Assembly: GCA_038207335.1 (NCBI GenBank)
Contig: JBBQZX010000030.1
Span: 1-64,000 of the forward strand
Direction: 5' to 3'
Origin: Chthoniobacterales bacterium
GTDB taxonomy: Bacteria; Verrucomicrobiota; Verrucomicrobiia; Chthoniobacterales; Chthoniobacteraceae
DNA length: 64,000 nucleotides
This document shows, in pieces, positions 10,054 to 20,123 of this stretch (its first letter is position 1; each line of letters opens with the position of its first letter). The notes under the pieces were generated by a model. The model searched no databases. It saw nothing but the letters and a program-made list of their open reading frames with translations, and was not told the DNA's origin. The position numbers and the translations under genes are program-made.

Positions 10054-10449
10054 TTACTTTTTGTCTGCCGCCTTCACTTCGAGTTGATTTTCCACCTTCG
10101 CGTCGCGGGCAGCGGCTTTCGCGATGGACTCGATCTTTGTTTTCTCGTCGGCACTGTTCACCGGGCCGCGCAGGGTCACCTGCCCGCCCGCGGTGATGAT
10201 CTTCACGTTCTTCGCTGTCATGCTCAGCGTGTCATCCTTGACCACGGCCTTGCGGATCGTCTGGGTGATTTTGATGTCTTCCGGAGCGTTGGACTGATCG
10301 ACCGGCGTCTTGGTTTCGCCCGAGCGATCGCGTTCATTTTTCTTGGAGTTATCCGCTGCGGCCTTTTGCTCATCCGCCGCCACGGCAGAGAGGCACAGGG
10401 CGCAGATGGAGGTCAAAGTCAGGAGGGACTTGGTGATATTTGATTTCAT
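10054..10449 (-). CDS. BON domain (OsmY-like) secreted protein
   Basis: Signal peptide MKSNITKSLL; 'DIKITQTIRKAVV', 'GQVTLRGPVNSADEK', 'VENQLEV'. Confidence 0.88.
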   Translation of the reverse strand: MKSNITKSLLTLTSICALCLSAVAADEQKAAADNSKKNERDRSGETKTPVDQSNAPEDIKITQTIRKAVVKDDTLSMTAKNVKIITAGGQVTLRGPVNSADEKTKIESIAKAAARDAKVENQLEVKAADKK

Positions 10450-10699
10450 AGGATGGGTGACTAATGGTCGGCAAAGGGGATTCTCCTTGGTCTCGGGAAG
10501 CGGCTGTGCGATTTCGCCAGAACTACCCGCACGTAGGGGCATCCCCTGACTGAAGAGGCGAGCCGGGAATCGTGGACGGCTCGTTCTGGCCGCGCCAGCG
10601 GTGCAAGCAACGAGTCATCCTCAGAAAGAGCAGGTGGCCGAACCATCGCCGCGCGTCGTCCGGGAAGCCGCTGATTGGTTGGAAGGTTGGTCCCAACCG

Positions 10700-11345
10700 G
10701 ATTCATCTCCAGCCGCTCCCTTCGCCGAGTGTCCGCTGGGGCAGGAGATGTTTCCTCCTTCTGCGCGCACGAAGGGCGGTCGCCAAAGATGATCTTGCGA
10801 ATCAGGGCAATCTTCGCCGCGGTCGTTTTGAAGCCCCGGCAGATGCGTTCCCGGTTTTCCTCCTGCATGGCCCAGGCCCAAAGTTCCTCCTCGGTATTCT
10901 CCCGACTCTGCTCGCGTTCCAGATCCAGCCGCTCACGTTCCATACGCAGCCGTTCCGCGCTATGATCGCCCCGCCGCAACTCGACCAGATCACCGCACAG
11001 CTCCCGCAGGAGGCGCCAGCCTTCCACATCGCCGGCCTCGGCCACACGCCGTGTGGCAAGGCGTAGCGCGCAGTCACCCACAGCGCGAGTGCATCGGTCA
11101 GCGGTGGCCGTCCCTGCGTCTTCCATTCCGTCGCGTCCCCACCCAGCCGCCCGGCGATCTCCAGCACATCCTGCTACGCCAGCCAGTCGCCATAACCGCC
11201 CTTTTTCCATTCCGAGAGATTCTGCTCACGGACCGGCTTGCCCTTCCACTCCGCGGCGGCAATCGCCTGCACCTCGGGCAGCCCATTGAGCCACTCCACC
11301 AGCCTCCTCCCCTGCTCTCCCTCATGCAGGCGCCATTTAATTCAC
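10700..11345 (-). pseudogene. degraded hypothetical protein (DUF3486-like, phage-related)
   Basis: Manual frame: 'GEQGRRLVEWLNGLPEVQAIAAAEWKGKPVREQNLSEWKKGGYGDWLA*QD', then a frameshift into 'LVELRRGDHSAERLRMERERL'. End coordinates approximate. Confidence 0.5.
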
Positions 11346-11499
11346 CGCTCTTATCTAAATCCCCACGGGACTGGGATTAATCGCCGTGCCCTTTGGCTGA
11401 TTGTTTGACTGCGATTCGGAGAAAATCTTGCCGGCCCAATACGATGGTCAATGTAAAGACGCTGCCGGTAGTAGTTCGAGGTCAGAGGTCAACTTTGCA

Positions 11500-12537
11500 C
11501 TACCTTCGATAAGCAAAGGCCGTCCTAAATGGATTAAACACAGAGCGACCACTCGGGTCAGGCGCATACACGAATCCGTAGAGATCTTTTTTTACATCCA
11601 CCGGATCGAGCAGAAATCCTTTCTCGGCCGCCCGAGCCTTATATTCGATGAGGACACGGGCCGTGCCATTGAGCCCCCACATGTTAAATCCTGTGCCGAA
11701 AATCCCCCCATTCGGGAAGAGCTCCTCCAGACCCGCCATCGCGTGGAAACAATTGATCGCGACGCGATTCTTGCGATACCCACGGTCGTCGGCGCGATAT
11801 TTGATGGTTCCGGTATCGAGAAGGCGCATGCGCTTCACGCCGAGTTCGAAGCCCTCCCTGGTGATCTCGTAGGGGCCCCACATGCCCACGGCCACCTTCC
11901 CGTGCACCGCCAGCTTGATCGTATCCGGAAGGTTGAAGTCTTTCCCCACGGAGAGCGGGCATTGATTCCACGAGGCGATCAGGCGGCTGCCAAAGCCCTC
12001 AAAAACACAAAGGTTGGGGTTTTGCAGGAAATCGGCTGGCAGCCAACTGATGGTGAAAGCCTCGAAGGCGCGGTTCTTGTAGGTGCGCCTTTGGAGTTCC
12101 GATGTCAGACGAGGTTGCCGGCCATCGGCGAAGACGCGAATGACGGAGAGAAAGGAGTGCGAAAATTCCGGGTCATTCCCTTTATTCTGATAGGCAAAAG
12201 GAATGATGAAGTAGCGATCGCGCGGATTAACTCCCTCTCCCAGCCGGGCCGTGACCTTGTCTTGAATATGATGGGTAATCTGCTCGGCGAGCGGCACGTC
12301 GTAGTTTGAAAAATCGACCTCGTGTTTTCCCCAACCCGCCCGAGCCGTGACCGAGAAACCAAGCAACAAAACGCCGACCATGAAGACAACCGGCGGAAAT
12401 GACACACGGAGTGTGCGCTGCAAACTGCGCTTGCCGATGATGGTCAGGCGCAAGGTATCTTTGGCCGCCGCCTCGAGCGCGGCCGCACCGGGGCTGGGTT
12501 CAATCAATTTCCGACGGGTGGGAGAGGTATTTTTCAT
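11500..12537 (-). CDS. hypothetical exported protein (true start may be later, near MVGVLLLG)
   Basis: 345-aa ORF with protein-like composition and a hydrophobic segment ending 'ARAG'. Confidence 0.65.
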   Translation of the reverse strand: MKNTSPTRRKLIEPSPGAAALEAAAKDTLRLTIIGKRSLQRTLRVSFPPVVFMVGVLLLGFSVTARAGWGKHEVDFSNYDVPLAEQITHHIQDKVTARLGEGVNPRDRYFIIPFAYQNKGNDPEFSHSFLSVIRVFADGRQPRLTSELQRRTYKNRAFEAFTISWLPADFLQNPNLCVFEGFGSRLIASWNQCPLSVGKDFNLPDTIKLAVHGKVAVGMWGPYEITREGFELGVKRMRLLDTGTIKYRADDRGYRKNRVAINCFHAMAGLEELFPNGGIFGTGFNMWGLNGTARVLIEYKARAAEKGFLLDPVDVKKDLYGFVYAPDPSGRSVFNPFRTAFAYRR

Positions 12538-12589
12538 TTTCAGAAGGGTGGTCTATTCAGCGAGAAAGTTTCCGAGCCTCATACGCTGG

Positions 12590-12930
12590 TCAGCGTCCGC
12601 CTTTCTCGTGGGGAAAGATGGTCTTCCAGTCGTCCTTCATGCTCACGACAGTCAAGCCTTCCGCGGCGGCTTCGTCGAGGCCCTTGTCGAGCCGGGCCCG
12701 GGCGTCCTTGCGGTCGCAAGCATAATCCCGCTCGGCATCGGTGTGGTGGACGTAGAGGCAAAACCGCGGGGGCTGCCGGCGGCAGTCCATTAGAGCGATT
12801 CCAAGTCGCCATCGGAGTTGCCGAAAGCGGCGATGGATCGGCGGCCAATATGCTGGTTGATGCCGATGGATTTGCCGTCCTTGTCGTCGATGAAGTCGAG
12901 TTCCGGCAGCTTGATCAGCTCGGGCTGGCG
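12590..12930 (-). pseudogene. C-terminal remnant of a HAD-family hydrolase
   Basis: 'FIDDKDGKSIGINQHIGRRSIAAFGNSDGD' then stop/frameshift, then 'LYVHHTDAERDY...VVSMKDDWKTIF'. Confidence 0.75.
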
Positions 12931-13050
12931 TGCCAGTGATCGGGCATCAGCAGGAAAAGATGCGCGCACCAGCGCTGGCGCTCGTGGTAAAGCCGGACAG
13001 ATCCAGAGTGATGGGAGCCGATGAGCAATTCAGGAATCCAAAGACCGCCC

Positions 13051-14901
13051 CTACTCCACCGTCACGCTCTTCGCCAAGTTGCGCGGCTTGTCCACGTCGC
13101 AGCCGAGTTTGACGGCGGTGTGGTAGGCGAGGAGCTGGAGCGGTATGGAGGTGAGGATCGGCGAGAGGTAATCGGGGCACTCGGGGATGTAGATGACATC
13201 GTCGGCGACTTTCTCGAGCTTCGTGCAACCTTGCGTGCCGATCGCGATCACCGGGCCTTTGCGCGCCTTCACCTCTTCGATGTTGCTGATGTTTTTGTCG
13301 AAGACACTGTCCTCCGGCGCGATGAAAACGCTCGGCAGCTCCGGTGTGATGAGTGCGATGACTCCGTGCTTGAGCTCCGCGCTCGGGTGGCCGCTCGCGT
13401 GGATGTAACTGATCTCTTTCATCTTCAACGCTCCCTCGAGCGCGACCGGATAATTGAACTGCCGCCCGAGGAACATCATCGCCTGCGCGTGCGCGTATTT
13501 GTCCGCGATCGATTTGATGTGCGCGTCGAGCTTGAGGATTTCCGCGACTTTCTCCGGCAGCGCCTCGAGCTCGTCGATGATGCGCAAACCCTCCGTCGTG
13601 CTCTGGTGCCGGATGCGGCCGAGCAGCAGTGCGATGAGCGCCATGATCGTCACCTGGCTCGTAAAGGACTTCGTCGCCGCGACGCCGATCTCCGGCCCCG
13701 CGTGCATGTAAACGCCGCCGTCGCTTTCGCGCGCGATGGTCGAGGCGACGTTGTTGCAGATGCCGAGTGTGCGGTGGCCTTTGCGCTGGCTCTCGCGCAG
13801 CGCGGCGAGCGTGTCGGCGGTCTCGCCGCTCTGGCTCAGGCAGAAGACGAGCGTGTCGCTGGTCATGGGCATGTTGCGGTAGCGGAATTCGCTCGCGAAC
13901 TCGACCTCGCACGGCACGTGCGCGAGCGCCTCGATCATGTATTCGCCGGCCATCGCCGCGTGGCTCGCGGTGCCGCAGCCGGTCAGGACGATCCGGTCGA
14001 TTTTGCGCAGTTCGCCATTCGTCATCTCGAGCCCGCCGAGCTTTGCGGTCGCCTCCTCGCGCGAGAGCCGGCCGCGCATCGCGTCGCGGATCGTCGCAGG
14101 CTGCTCGTAGATTTCTTTCAGCATGTAGTGCGCGAAATCCCCCTTGCTCACATCCTCCTCGCTGAACTCGACTTTGCTCACCTCGAAGCCACTCGCGCCG
14201 CCGAGCAGGCTCGTGATCTCGAAGCTGTCGCGCGTTAGCGCCGCGATGTCGTAGTCCTTCAAATAAACGGCGTCCCGCGTGTGCGCGACCACGGCGCTGA
14301 CGTCGCTCGCGAAGAAGTTCTCCCCTTTTCCCAAGCCCAGCACGAGCGGGCTCCCGCGCCGCGCACCGACGATGACGTCCGGCAAATCGCGATGCAGCAG
14401 CACGACGCCGTAAGTCCCGACGACTTGCTTCAGCGCCGTCCGCAGCGCCTCGATCAGACGCCCGGTGGTAGCTTCGCCGCCAGCGAGTTCGTAGTGCTTT
14501 CCGATGAGATGCACGAGCACCTCGGTGTCCGTCTGGCTCTTGAAAATGTGACCTTCGCCGATGAGCTGATCGCGCAGAATCGCGTAGTTTTCGATCACGC
14601 CATTGTGCACGAGTGCGAGCTTGCCGCTCTGGTCGAAATGCGGGTGCGCGTTCTCATCCGTCACGCTGCCGTGAGTCGCCCACCGCGTGTGCGAGATGCC
14701 GATGTCGCCTTCCGCGGGCGATTCCTGCAGCAGCTCCGCGAGATTCGCGATGCGGCCCGTGCGCTTTCGAAGTTCGATTTTCCCATTGTGCAGGACTGCG
14801 ACGCCCGCGCTGTCGTAGCCGCGATATTCCAAGCGCCGGAGCCCATCGAGGAGGATGGGAGCCGCTGATTTACTGCCGATATAGCCGATGATTCCGCACA
14901 T
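13051..14901 (-). CDS. glmS: glutamine--fructose-6-phosphate aminotransferase
   Basis: 'MCGIIG', 'LEYRGYDSAG', 'HTRWATHG', 'SQSGETADT', 'KPRNLAKSVTVE'. Confidence 0.98.
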   Translation of the reverse strand: MCGIIGYIGSKSAAPILLDGLRRLEYRGYDSAGVAVLHNGKIELRKRTGRIANLAELLQESPAEGDIGISHTRWATHGSVTDENAHPHFDQSGKLALVHNGVIENYAILRDQLIGEGHIFKSQTDTEVLVHLIGKHYELAGGEATTGRLIEALRTALKQVVGTYGVVLLHRDLPDVIVGARRGSPLVLGLGKGENFFASDVSAVVAHTRDAVYLKDYDIAALTRDSFEITSLLGGASGFEVSKVEFSEEDVSKGDFAHYMLKEIYEQPATIRDAMRGRLSREEATAKLGGLEMTNGELRKIDRIVLTGCGTASHAAMAGEYMIEALAHVPCEVEFASEFRYRNMPMTSDTLVFCLSQSGETADTLAALRESQRKGHRTLGICNNVASTIARESDGGVYMHAGPEIGVAATKSFTSQVTIMALIALLLGRIRHQSTTEGLRIIDELEALPEKVAEILKLDAHIKSIADKYAHAQAMMFLGRQFNYPVALEGALKMKEISYIHASGHPSAELKHGVIALITPELPSVFIAPEDSVFDKNISNIEEVKARKGPVIAIGTQGCTKLEKVADDVIYIPECPDYLSPILTSIPLQLLAYHTAVKLGCDVDKPRNLAKSVTVE

Positions 14902-15048
14902 GGCGCATTTACTAACCGCGCAGATGTGATGCGGCAACCAGCGGATGGCTGATCGCTGATGGCGGGAGGTGACGTGAATTTTCGGCGTTCGAAAAATCTG
15001 CAATCGCCTCTCGCGCGCGTCTCCCGCTACCGTTGCGATTCACCCTTT

Positions 15049-16341
15049 ATGAATGTCTCCTCCAGCACCTCGATCACCGACAAGACGCTCGCCATCATCA
15101 TGGGCGGCGGCGCGGGCACGCGGCTTTTCCCTCTCACGAAAGAGCGCTCCAAGCCCGCCGTGCCGCTCGCGGGAAAATATCGCATCGTCGATATTCCAAT
15201 CAGCAACTGCATCAACTCCGGCCTGCGCCGCATGTATGTCCTTACGCAGTTCAACAGCTCCTCGCTGCACCGCCACATCGCCTCGAGCTACAAATTCGAC
15301 AACTACTCACGCAGCTTCGTGGAGATCATGGCCGCGCAGCAGACGCCGACCGACGCGACTTGGTATCAGGGGACCGCAGACGCCGTGCGGCAGAACCTCC
15401 GCGACTTTCTCCAGCACCCCTACGAATACTACGTCATCCTCAGCGGCGATCAGCTCTACCGCATGGATTACCGCGACCTGCTGCGCCAGCACATCGAGAG
15501 CAACGCGGAGCTCACCATCGCCACGATCCCCGTCAATCGTCAAGCCGCCACGGACTTCGGTCTCATGCACACGGACGCTGCGCGGAAGATCATCCGCTTT
15601 GTTGAAAAGCCGAACGATCCCGAAGTGCTCGACACGCTTCGGATTCCTGCGCCGCTTCTCACCGAGCTCGGACGCTCCGTCGATGAAGAGGCGTTCCAAG
15701 CCTCGATGGGCATCTACGTTTTCAACCGCGCCACGCTCATCGAGGCGCTGGACAACACGCACGTCGATTTCGGCAAACACATCATCCCAGACACGATCGA
15801 AAAGCACCGCGTCATGGCCTACATCTTCCAGGGCTACTGGGAAGACATCGGCACCATCCGCTCATTCTTCGACGCGAATCTGATGCTCACCGACGCCGTC
15901 CCGCAGTTCAATTTCTTCGACACTGGCTCGCCGATTTACACCCACGCCCGCTTCCTCCCCGGCAGCAAAATTAACGGCGCGACGGTGAAAAACTCGATCA
16001 TTTCCGACGGCTGCATCATCGACGATGCGAGCATCGAACGCTGCGTCATCGGCATTCGAAGCTACATCAAAAGCGGCACGACTCTGCGCAACAGCATCGT
16101 CATGGGCGCGGATTTTTACGATGTGGACAACGCCGCGCGCAACGCCGGCCCCGACCTCGGCATCGGCCGCAACTGCACGATCGACCACGCCATCATCGAC
16201 AAAAACTCGCGCATCGGAGACGGCGTCACCATCTCGCCCTACGGCAAGCCCGACAACAGCGACGGCCCGAACTACTACATCCGCGACGGCATCATCATCG
16301 TGCCAAAAGGCGCCGTGATCCCCGCCGGCACGCAGATTTAA
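15049..16341 (+). CDS. glgC: glucose-1-phosphate adenylyltransferase
   Basis: 'GGGAGTRLFPLTKERSKPAVP', 'WYQGTADAV', 'LSGDQLY', 'YWEDIGT'. Confidence 0.97.
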   Translation: MNVSSSTSITDKTLAIIMGGGAGTRLFPLTKERSKPAVPLAGKYRIVDIPISNCINSGLRRMYVLTQFNSSSLHRHIASSYKFDNYSRSFVEIMAAQQTPTDATWYQGTADAVRQNLRDFLQHPYEYYVILSGDQLYRMDYRDLLRQHIESNAELTIATIPVNRQAATDFGLMHTDAARKIIRFVEKPNDPEVLDTLRIPAPLLTELGRSVDEEAFQASMGIYVFNRATLIEALDNTHVDFGKHIIPDTIEKHRVMAYIFQGYWEDIGTIRSFFDANLMLTDAVPQFNFFDTGSPIYTHARFLPGSKINGATVKNSIISDGCIIDDASIERCVIGIRSYIKSGTTLRNSIVMGADFYDVDNAARNAGPDLGIGRNCTIDHAIIDKNSRIGDGVTISPYGKPDNSDGPNYYIRDGIIIVPKGAVIPAGTQI

Positions 16342-16392
16342 ACCGCCCCGGCGCGCAACGGCTTAGAAAATCGCCGTGAAGGAAAGCCGTAG

Positions 16393-17133
16393 ATGAGCAC
16401 GTTTGCCTGCCCGAAGTGCGGCGGAATCATTCCCGCGCAAGACATCAACGTCGGCACCGACGTGGCCTTCTGCCGCGTGTGCAATCGCGCATCGAAATTT
16501 TCCACCCTCCTGCAGCAGACCGATCTCACTGAAAATGTGGACTTCGATCGCCCACCGGCTGGCGTCCACTACTGGCAGGACCATCGCGGGATGAAAGTTA
16601 TCGCCAGCCACCGCTCTCTCGGCATCGCCGCGGGTGCACTGGCGGTCTCGCTTTTTTGGAATGGCATCGTGTCCGTGTTCGTCCTCGTCGCGCTCTCCGG
16701 CACCCTGCGCGTGCTCGGCATCACGCTACCCGACCGGTTCCCGGCCCCGAAGATGAACGGCGGCGAGATGGGCCTCGGCATGGTGATCTTCCTGTGGATA
16801 TTTCTCACGCCCTTCATCACCATCGGCGTCTGCATGATCGCGGCGTTTCTCATGGCGCTCTGCGGCCGCACCGAGGTGCAGATCGGCGACGCGGACGCAT
16901 CGATTTTCACCGGCATCGGCCCGCTCGGTCGCCGGCGGCGCTTCCATCCGGCGACTGTGAAAAGCATCCGCGTCGACGACCGGATCGTGCACGACAGCGA
17001 AGGCGACAGCCAGCGCCAGACGGCGATCGTCATCGAAACCGATGAAGGCAAAATCCTCAAACTCGCGACGATGCTGCCGCAAGAACGAAGAAAATTTCTC
17101 GCAGCCGCCCTGATGCAATCCCTGCGACGGTAA
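16393..17133 (+). CDS. membrane protein with N-terminal zinc ribbon
   Basis: CPKC...CRVC, then two hydrophobic helices ('FWNGIVSVF', 'LTPFITIG'). Confidence 0.7.
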   Translation: MSTFACPKCGGIIPAQDINVGTDVAFCRVCNRASKFSTLLQQTDLTENVDFDRPPAGVHYWQDHRGMKVIASHRSLGIAAGALAVSLFWNGIVSVFVLVALSGTLRVLGITLPDRFPAPKMNGGEMGLGMVIFLWIFLTPFITIGVCMIAAFLMALCGRTEVQIGDADASIFTGIGPLGRRRRFHPATVKSIRVDDRIVHDSEGDSQRQTAIVIETDEGKILKLATMLPQERRKFLAAALMQSLRR

Positions 17134-17157
17134 TTGGAACGGCGGTCCGCAACAGAC

Positions 17158-17178
17158 GTGGCGATTTCAAATCGCCAC
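17158..17178. repeat. perfect palindrome between convergent genes (REP-like)
   Basis: gtggcgattt-c-aaatcgccac. Confidence 0.65.
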
Positions 17179-17210
17179 TCGTTTGGCGAGTAAACGAATC
17201 GCGGTCCCGG

Positions 17211-18830
17211 CTACTTCACTCTCGTGATTTGGAGCGAGTCGTTCTGAAACCAAACATCTCCTTTGTTCGCGCGGAGTTCGGCTACCAAAACGGTTTCGCC
17301 GCCCGGGGCCTCGAACTCGAACTTCAGCGGCTGCCAGCCAGCGTCGCCTTTGAGTGCGTTCTGGCCGTTGCGAGTGCCACCGGAAATGCGGATGCCCGCG
17401 CCCTCTCCCGAAGAGCTTTGCGTCGGCTCGATCTGAGCGGCTTTCACGTTCGCCTCGAAGCGGTAGTGCCCCGCGGGAACCGTCAGATTTCTCCTCCACG
17501 AGCCCGCCGTGCCGCCTTGCGCGCGGATGTGAAGTGCAGGACGACCGTCGATATTCACTTGATCGAACTGCGCCGCGCTCCCCTCTTGGTGCCAACCGTC
17601 TGTGAGTTTCATCACGCCGTTTTTGCCAAAGTCCGCGGGCTTTGGGATGTCCCCAATTTGCTTGGCGATGACGGCGATGCGCTGCGTGACTTGGTCACGT
17701 ACGGTGTTGATTTGGCCCTGATAATCCTTGGCCCAATTTGGGTTCTTTTTCTCGATGGCTGCGCGCACCCGCTCACCCTCGGCGACGACACGCGCAGGCC
17801 AGTCGATCGGCTTCAGCACCGTGTTGTAGATGTCTTCGACGTGCTTCAAATACATCGCGTGACTTTCGGGATTGCGCCAAATCGCGCCGCCTACCATGGC
17901 GCCGAAATCGCGCATCACGGGGAAGTTCGGATCGTTCAAAACTTGATCCATGCCGTGGACGAAAAACGAGAATTTGCCGGTGCTCGGGTCTTTGTAGAAG
18001 CGGTAGTTGTTGCGGTTGAAATTGTAACCGTCCCAGTGACAGAGGATGTCCTCCATCGCCATGAACTGGAGGTATTTGTCGATGTCGAGGATCTTGCCGA
18101 GCCGTTCCCAGCGCTTTGCGTTGTCCCCCTCCTGGCAGGCGGCGACGAGCTCTTTGATGTCCCTTTTGTCCTTCGGGTCGCCCATGTCTTTTTCGGTATT
18201 CTCATCGATCTCATGGACGAATCCGCCGTCGTAAAGATCGCCAGTCGTGTCGGGGTAGAATCTGGCGAGAAAGTCGCGCGTGAAGGCTTCCTTGAGAACG
18301 TAGAGTCCCATGTCGCGGCCGTTGAGCGTGACGAATGCGTGCGTGCAGCGCGATGCGGGCACGCCGGCTTTGCGCGCGATTTCACCACCGATGAGTTCGT
18401 GAAGATAAGTGCCATCCTGATTACAATTATTGAGATGAAATTTCTTCATCCCGTGAAAGCGCTCGGCCCCTTTGAGTTTGTCGAAATTCAACGTGAGCCC
18501 CGGCTTTCCATCGAAGCCCTGAAAGCTCCCCGCGGACCCTTTCAACTTGATGGCGACATTTTTGAAGACCTTGGTTCCCTCCGTAAGCGTCGCCTCCGCG
18601 TAATTCCGTTCGTCCTTTTTAAGTCGTTCGACTTCCGTAGGCTCGAGCGTGATCGCGAGGCTCATGATCGGCCCGGCAAAAACGTCGTCGATGGCTTTCT
18701 TTTGCTTCTGCTCTTTCGTCGGCTCAGGAAGCGGCGGCGCGTGCTGCGGCTCGGAGGCCAGATACGGCGAGAGGTAAAGGCACGCGGCGATGACGACGAG
18801 GACGAGCAGCAGGTAGTTGAGAAATCTCAT
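17211..18830 (-). CDS. CotH kinase family protein with C-terminal beta-sandwich domain
   Basis: 'VAIKLKGSAGS', 'LNFDK', 'NGRDMGLYVLKE', 'HWDGY..NRNNY', 'HGMD'. Confidence 0.88.
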   Translation of the reverse strand: MRFLNYLLLVLVVIAACLYLSPYLASEPQHAPPLPEPTKEQKQKKAIDDVFAGPIMSLAITLEPTEVERLKKDERNYAEATLTEGTKVFKNVAIKLKGSAGSFQGFDGKPGLTLNFDKLKGAERFHGMKKFHLNNCNQDGTYLHELIGGEIARKAGVPASRCTHAFVTLNGRDMGLYVLKEAFTRDFLARFYPDTTGDLYDGGFVHEIDENTEKDMGDPKDKRDIKELVAACQEGDNAKRWERLGKILDIDKYLQFMAMEDILCHWDGYNFNRNNYRFYKDPSTGKFSFFVHGMDQVLNDPNFPVMRDFGAMVGGAIWRNPESHAMYLKHVEDIYNTVLKPIDWPARVVAEGERVRAAIEKKNPNWAKDYQGQINTVRDQVTQRIAVIAKQIGDIPKPADFGKNGVMKLTDGWHQEGSAAQFDQVNIDGRPALHIRAQGGTAGSWRRNLTVPAGHYRFEANVKAAQIEPTQSSSGEGAGIRISGGTRNGQNALKGDAGWQPLKFEFEAPGGETVLVAELRANKGDVWFQNDSLQITRVK

Positions 18831-18940
18831 GCGGCGGCGCGGAGGCAGGTGAAATTCGGTTTCGGAAAAAGTTGCGCCCATTTTTTGGAAAAGTGCCGAG
18901 ACAATCCGTGTTCACGCGAAATCCTTAGCGCGGGTGAAAT

Positions 18941-19041
18941 GAACCACAAAGGCACGAAAGCACTTAAAAAAGATGAGTCGATGTGAGCGCATTTCCGACT
19001 CCCCTGCCTTCGATCTTCGTGCCTTTGCGCCGTCGTGGTTC
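18941..19041. repeat. ~100-bp element with terminal inverted repeats
   Basis: Left arm GAACCACAAAGGCACGAAAG; reverse complement of right arm GAACCACGACGGCGCAAAGGCACGAAG. Confidence 0.65.
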
Positions 19042-19056
19042 GATCAGCCTCGAGGC

Positions 19057-19656
19057 TCACGAAATGGCTTCGGTGCTTGTTTTGCGGGCGATGAGGGCGG
19101 CGAGCGCCTCGGGATAAAGCTCGTGCTCCGCGACTTGAATCCGCGCGTGCAGCGAGGCCGCGGTATCGTCTGCAAGGATGGGGACTTCGCGCTGAGCGAG
19201 CACGGTGCCGGTGTCCATTCCGCCATCGACGAGATGCACGGTGCAGCCAGTCGTCGGCACGCCTGCGGCAAGCGCCTGCGCCCATGCTTCGAGCCCGGGA
19301 AACTGCGGCAGGAGCGATGGATGGATATTCACAATGCGCTGCCGAAAGGCGTCGAGCAGCGGCGCTTTAATCATCCGCATGTAGCCCGCGAGCACGACGA
19401 AATCGACGCCCGTTTCTCGCAAAATCTGAACGACGCGCTCCTCGCATTCCGGCTCCATCTTCGTGCGGAAGCGGCCCGGCGTCACAAACTCCGCGCGCAG
19501 CCCGCGCTCACGCGCGAGCCCTAGGATGCCTGCGCTTTCCACGTCCGAAATCACCACCGCGACTTCCGCCGCCAGCGCGCCGCGCTCGATCGCGTCGGCG
19601 ATCGCGCGGAAATTCGAGCCTTTCCCGGAGCCGAGAATGCCGAGCCGCGCACTCAC
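19057..19656 (-). CDS. purN: phosphoribosylglycinamide formyltransferase
   Basis: 'SGKGSNF', 'VLAGYMR', 'NIHPSLLP', 'GCTVH.VD.GMDTG'. Confidence 0.96.
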   Translation of the reverse strand: MSARLGILGSGKGSNFRAIADAIERGALAAEVAVVISDVESAGILGLARERGLRAEFVTPGRFRTKMEPECEERVVQILRETGVDFVVLAGYMRMIKAPLLDAFRQRIVNIHPSLLPQFPGLEAWAQALAAGVPTTGCTVHLVDGGMDTGTVLAQREVPILADDTAASLHARIQVAEHELYPEALAALIARKTSTEAIS

Positions 19657-20123
19657 GATTGAGCCATTTTCTCCAGCGTCGCGGTCGTCGATTTTCCCGG
19701 CACGAGCGGCAGGATGCGGATGTCGCTGCCTGCCTCGCGGAGAGCCGCGACTTCCTCGGCGTTCAGGCTCTCGACGGTGTAATCGCCACCTTTCGCATAA
19801 ATCTGTGGGCGGATTTCGCGCACGAGTTCAGTCACTCGCTCAGTGTGAAAAATTGTGACGAAATCCACGCACTCCAGTGCCGCGAGGACTTCCGCCCGGT
19901 CGGTCTCGCCGTTGATCGGCCGCGCCGGACCTTTCAGCGCGCGGACGGACGCGTCGCCATTCACGGCCACGAGCAGAGCATCGCCCAGCGCCCGCGCGGC
20001 CTGCAAATATCGGACGTGCCCGACGTGCAGCAGATCGAAGCAGCCGTTGGTAAAGACGAGCCTGCGGCCCGACGCGGCGACGCGGGCCAAGCTGGATGAA
20101 TCCGTAATTTTCGCTGACGACAC
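19653..20123 (-). CDS. rfaE2: D-glycero-beta-D-manno-heptose 1-phosphate adenylyltransferase (RfaE domain II)
   Basis: 'VFTNGCFDLLHVGH', 'KGPARP', 'KGGDY', 'STT'; GTG start at 20123 chosen (uncertain). Confidence 0.88.
   Translation of the reverse strand: MSSAKITDSSSLARVAASGRRLVFTNGCFDLLHVGHVRYLQAARALGDALLVAVNGDASVRALKGPARPINGETDRAEVLAALECVDFVTIFHTERVTELVREIRPQIYAKGGDYTVESLNAEEVAALREAGSDIRILPLVPGKSTTATLEKMAQS

Noticed and set aside
14902..15048. glmS ribozyme upstream of glmS
   Set aside because: The short divergent intergenic region lacks the recognisable AGCGCC...GACGAGG core.
15049..16341. Functional link between glgC and the kai operon (clock-controlled glycogen)
   Set aside because: Separated by ~5.7 kb of unrelated genes and scars; proximity alone is not evidence.
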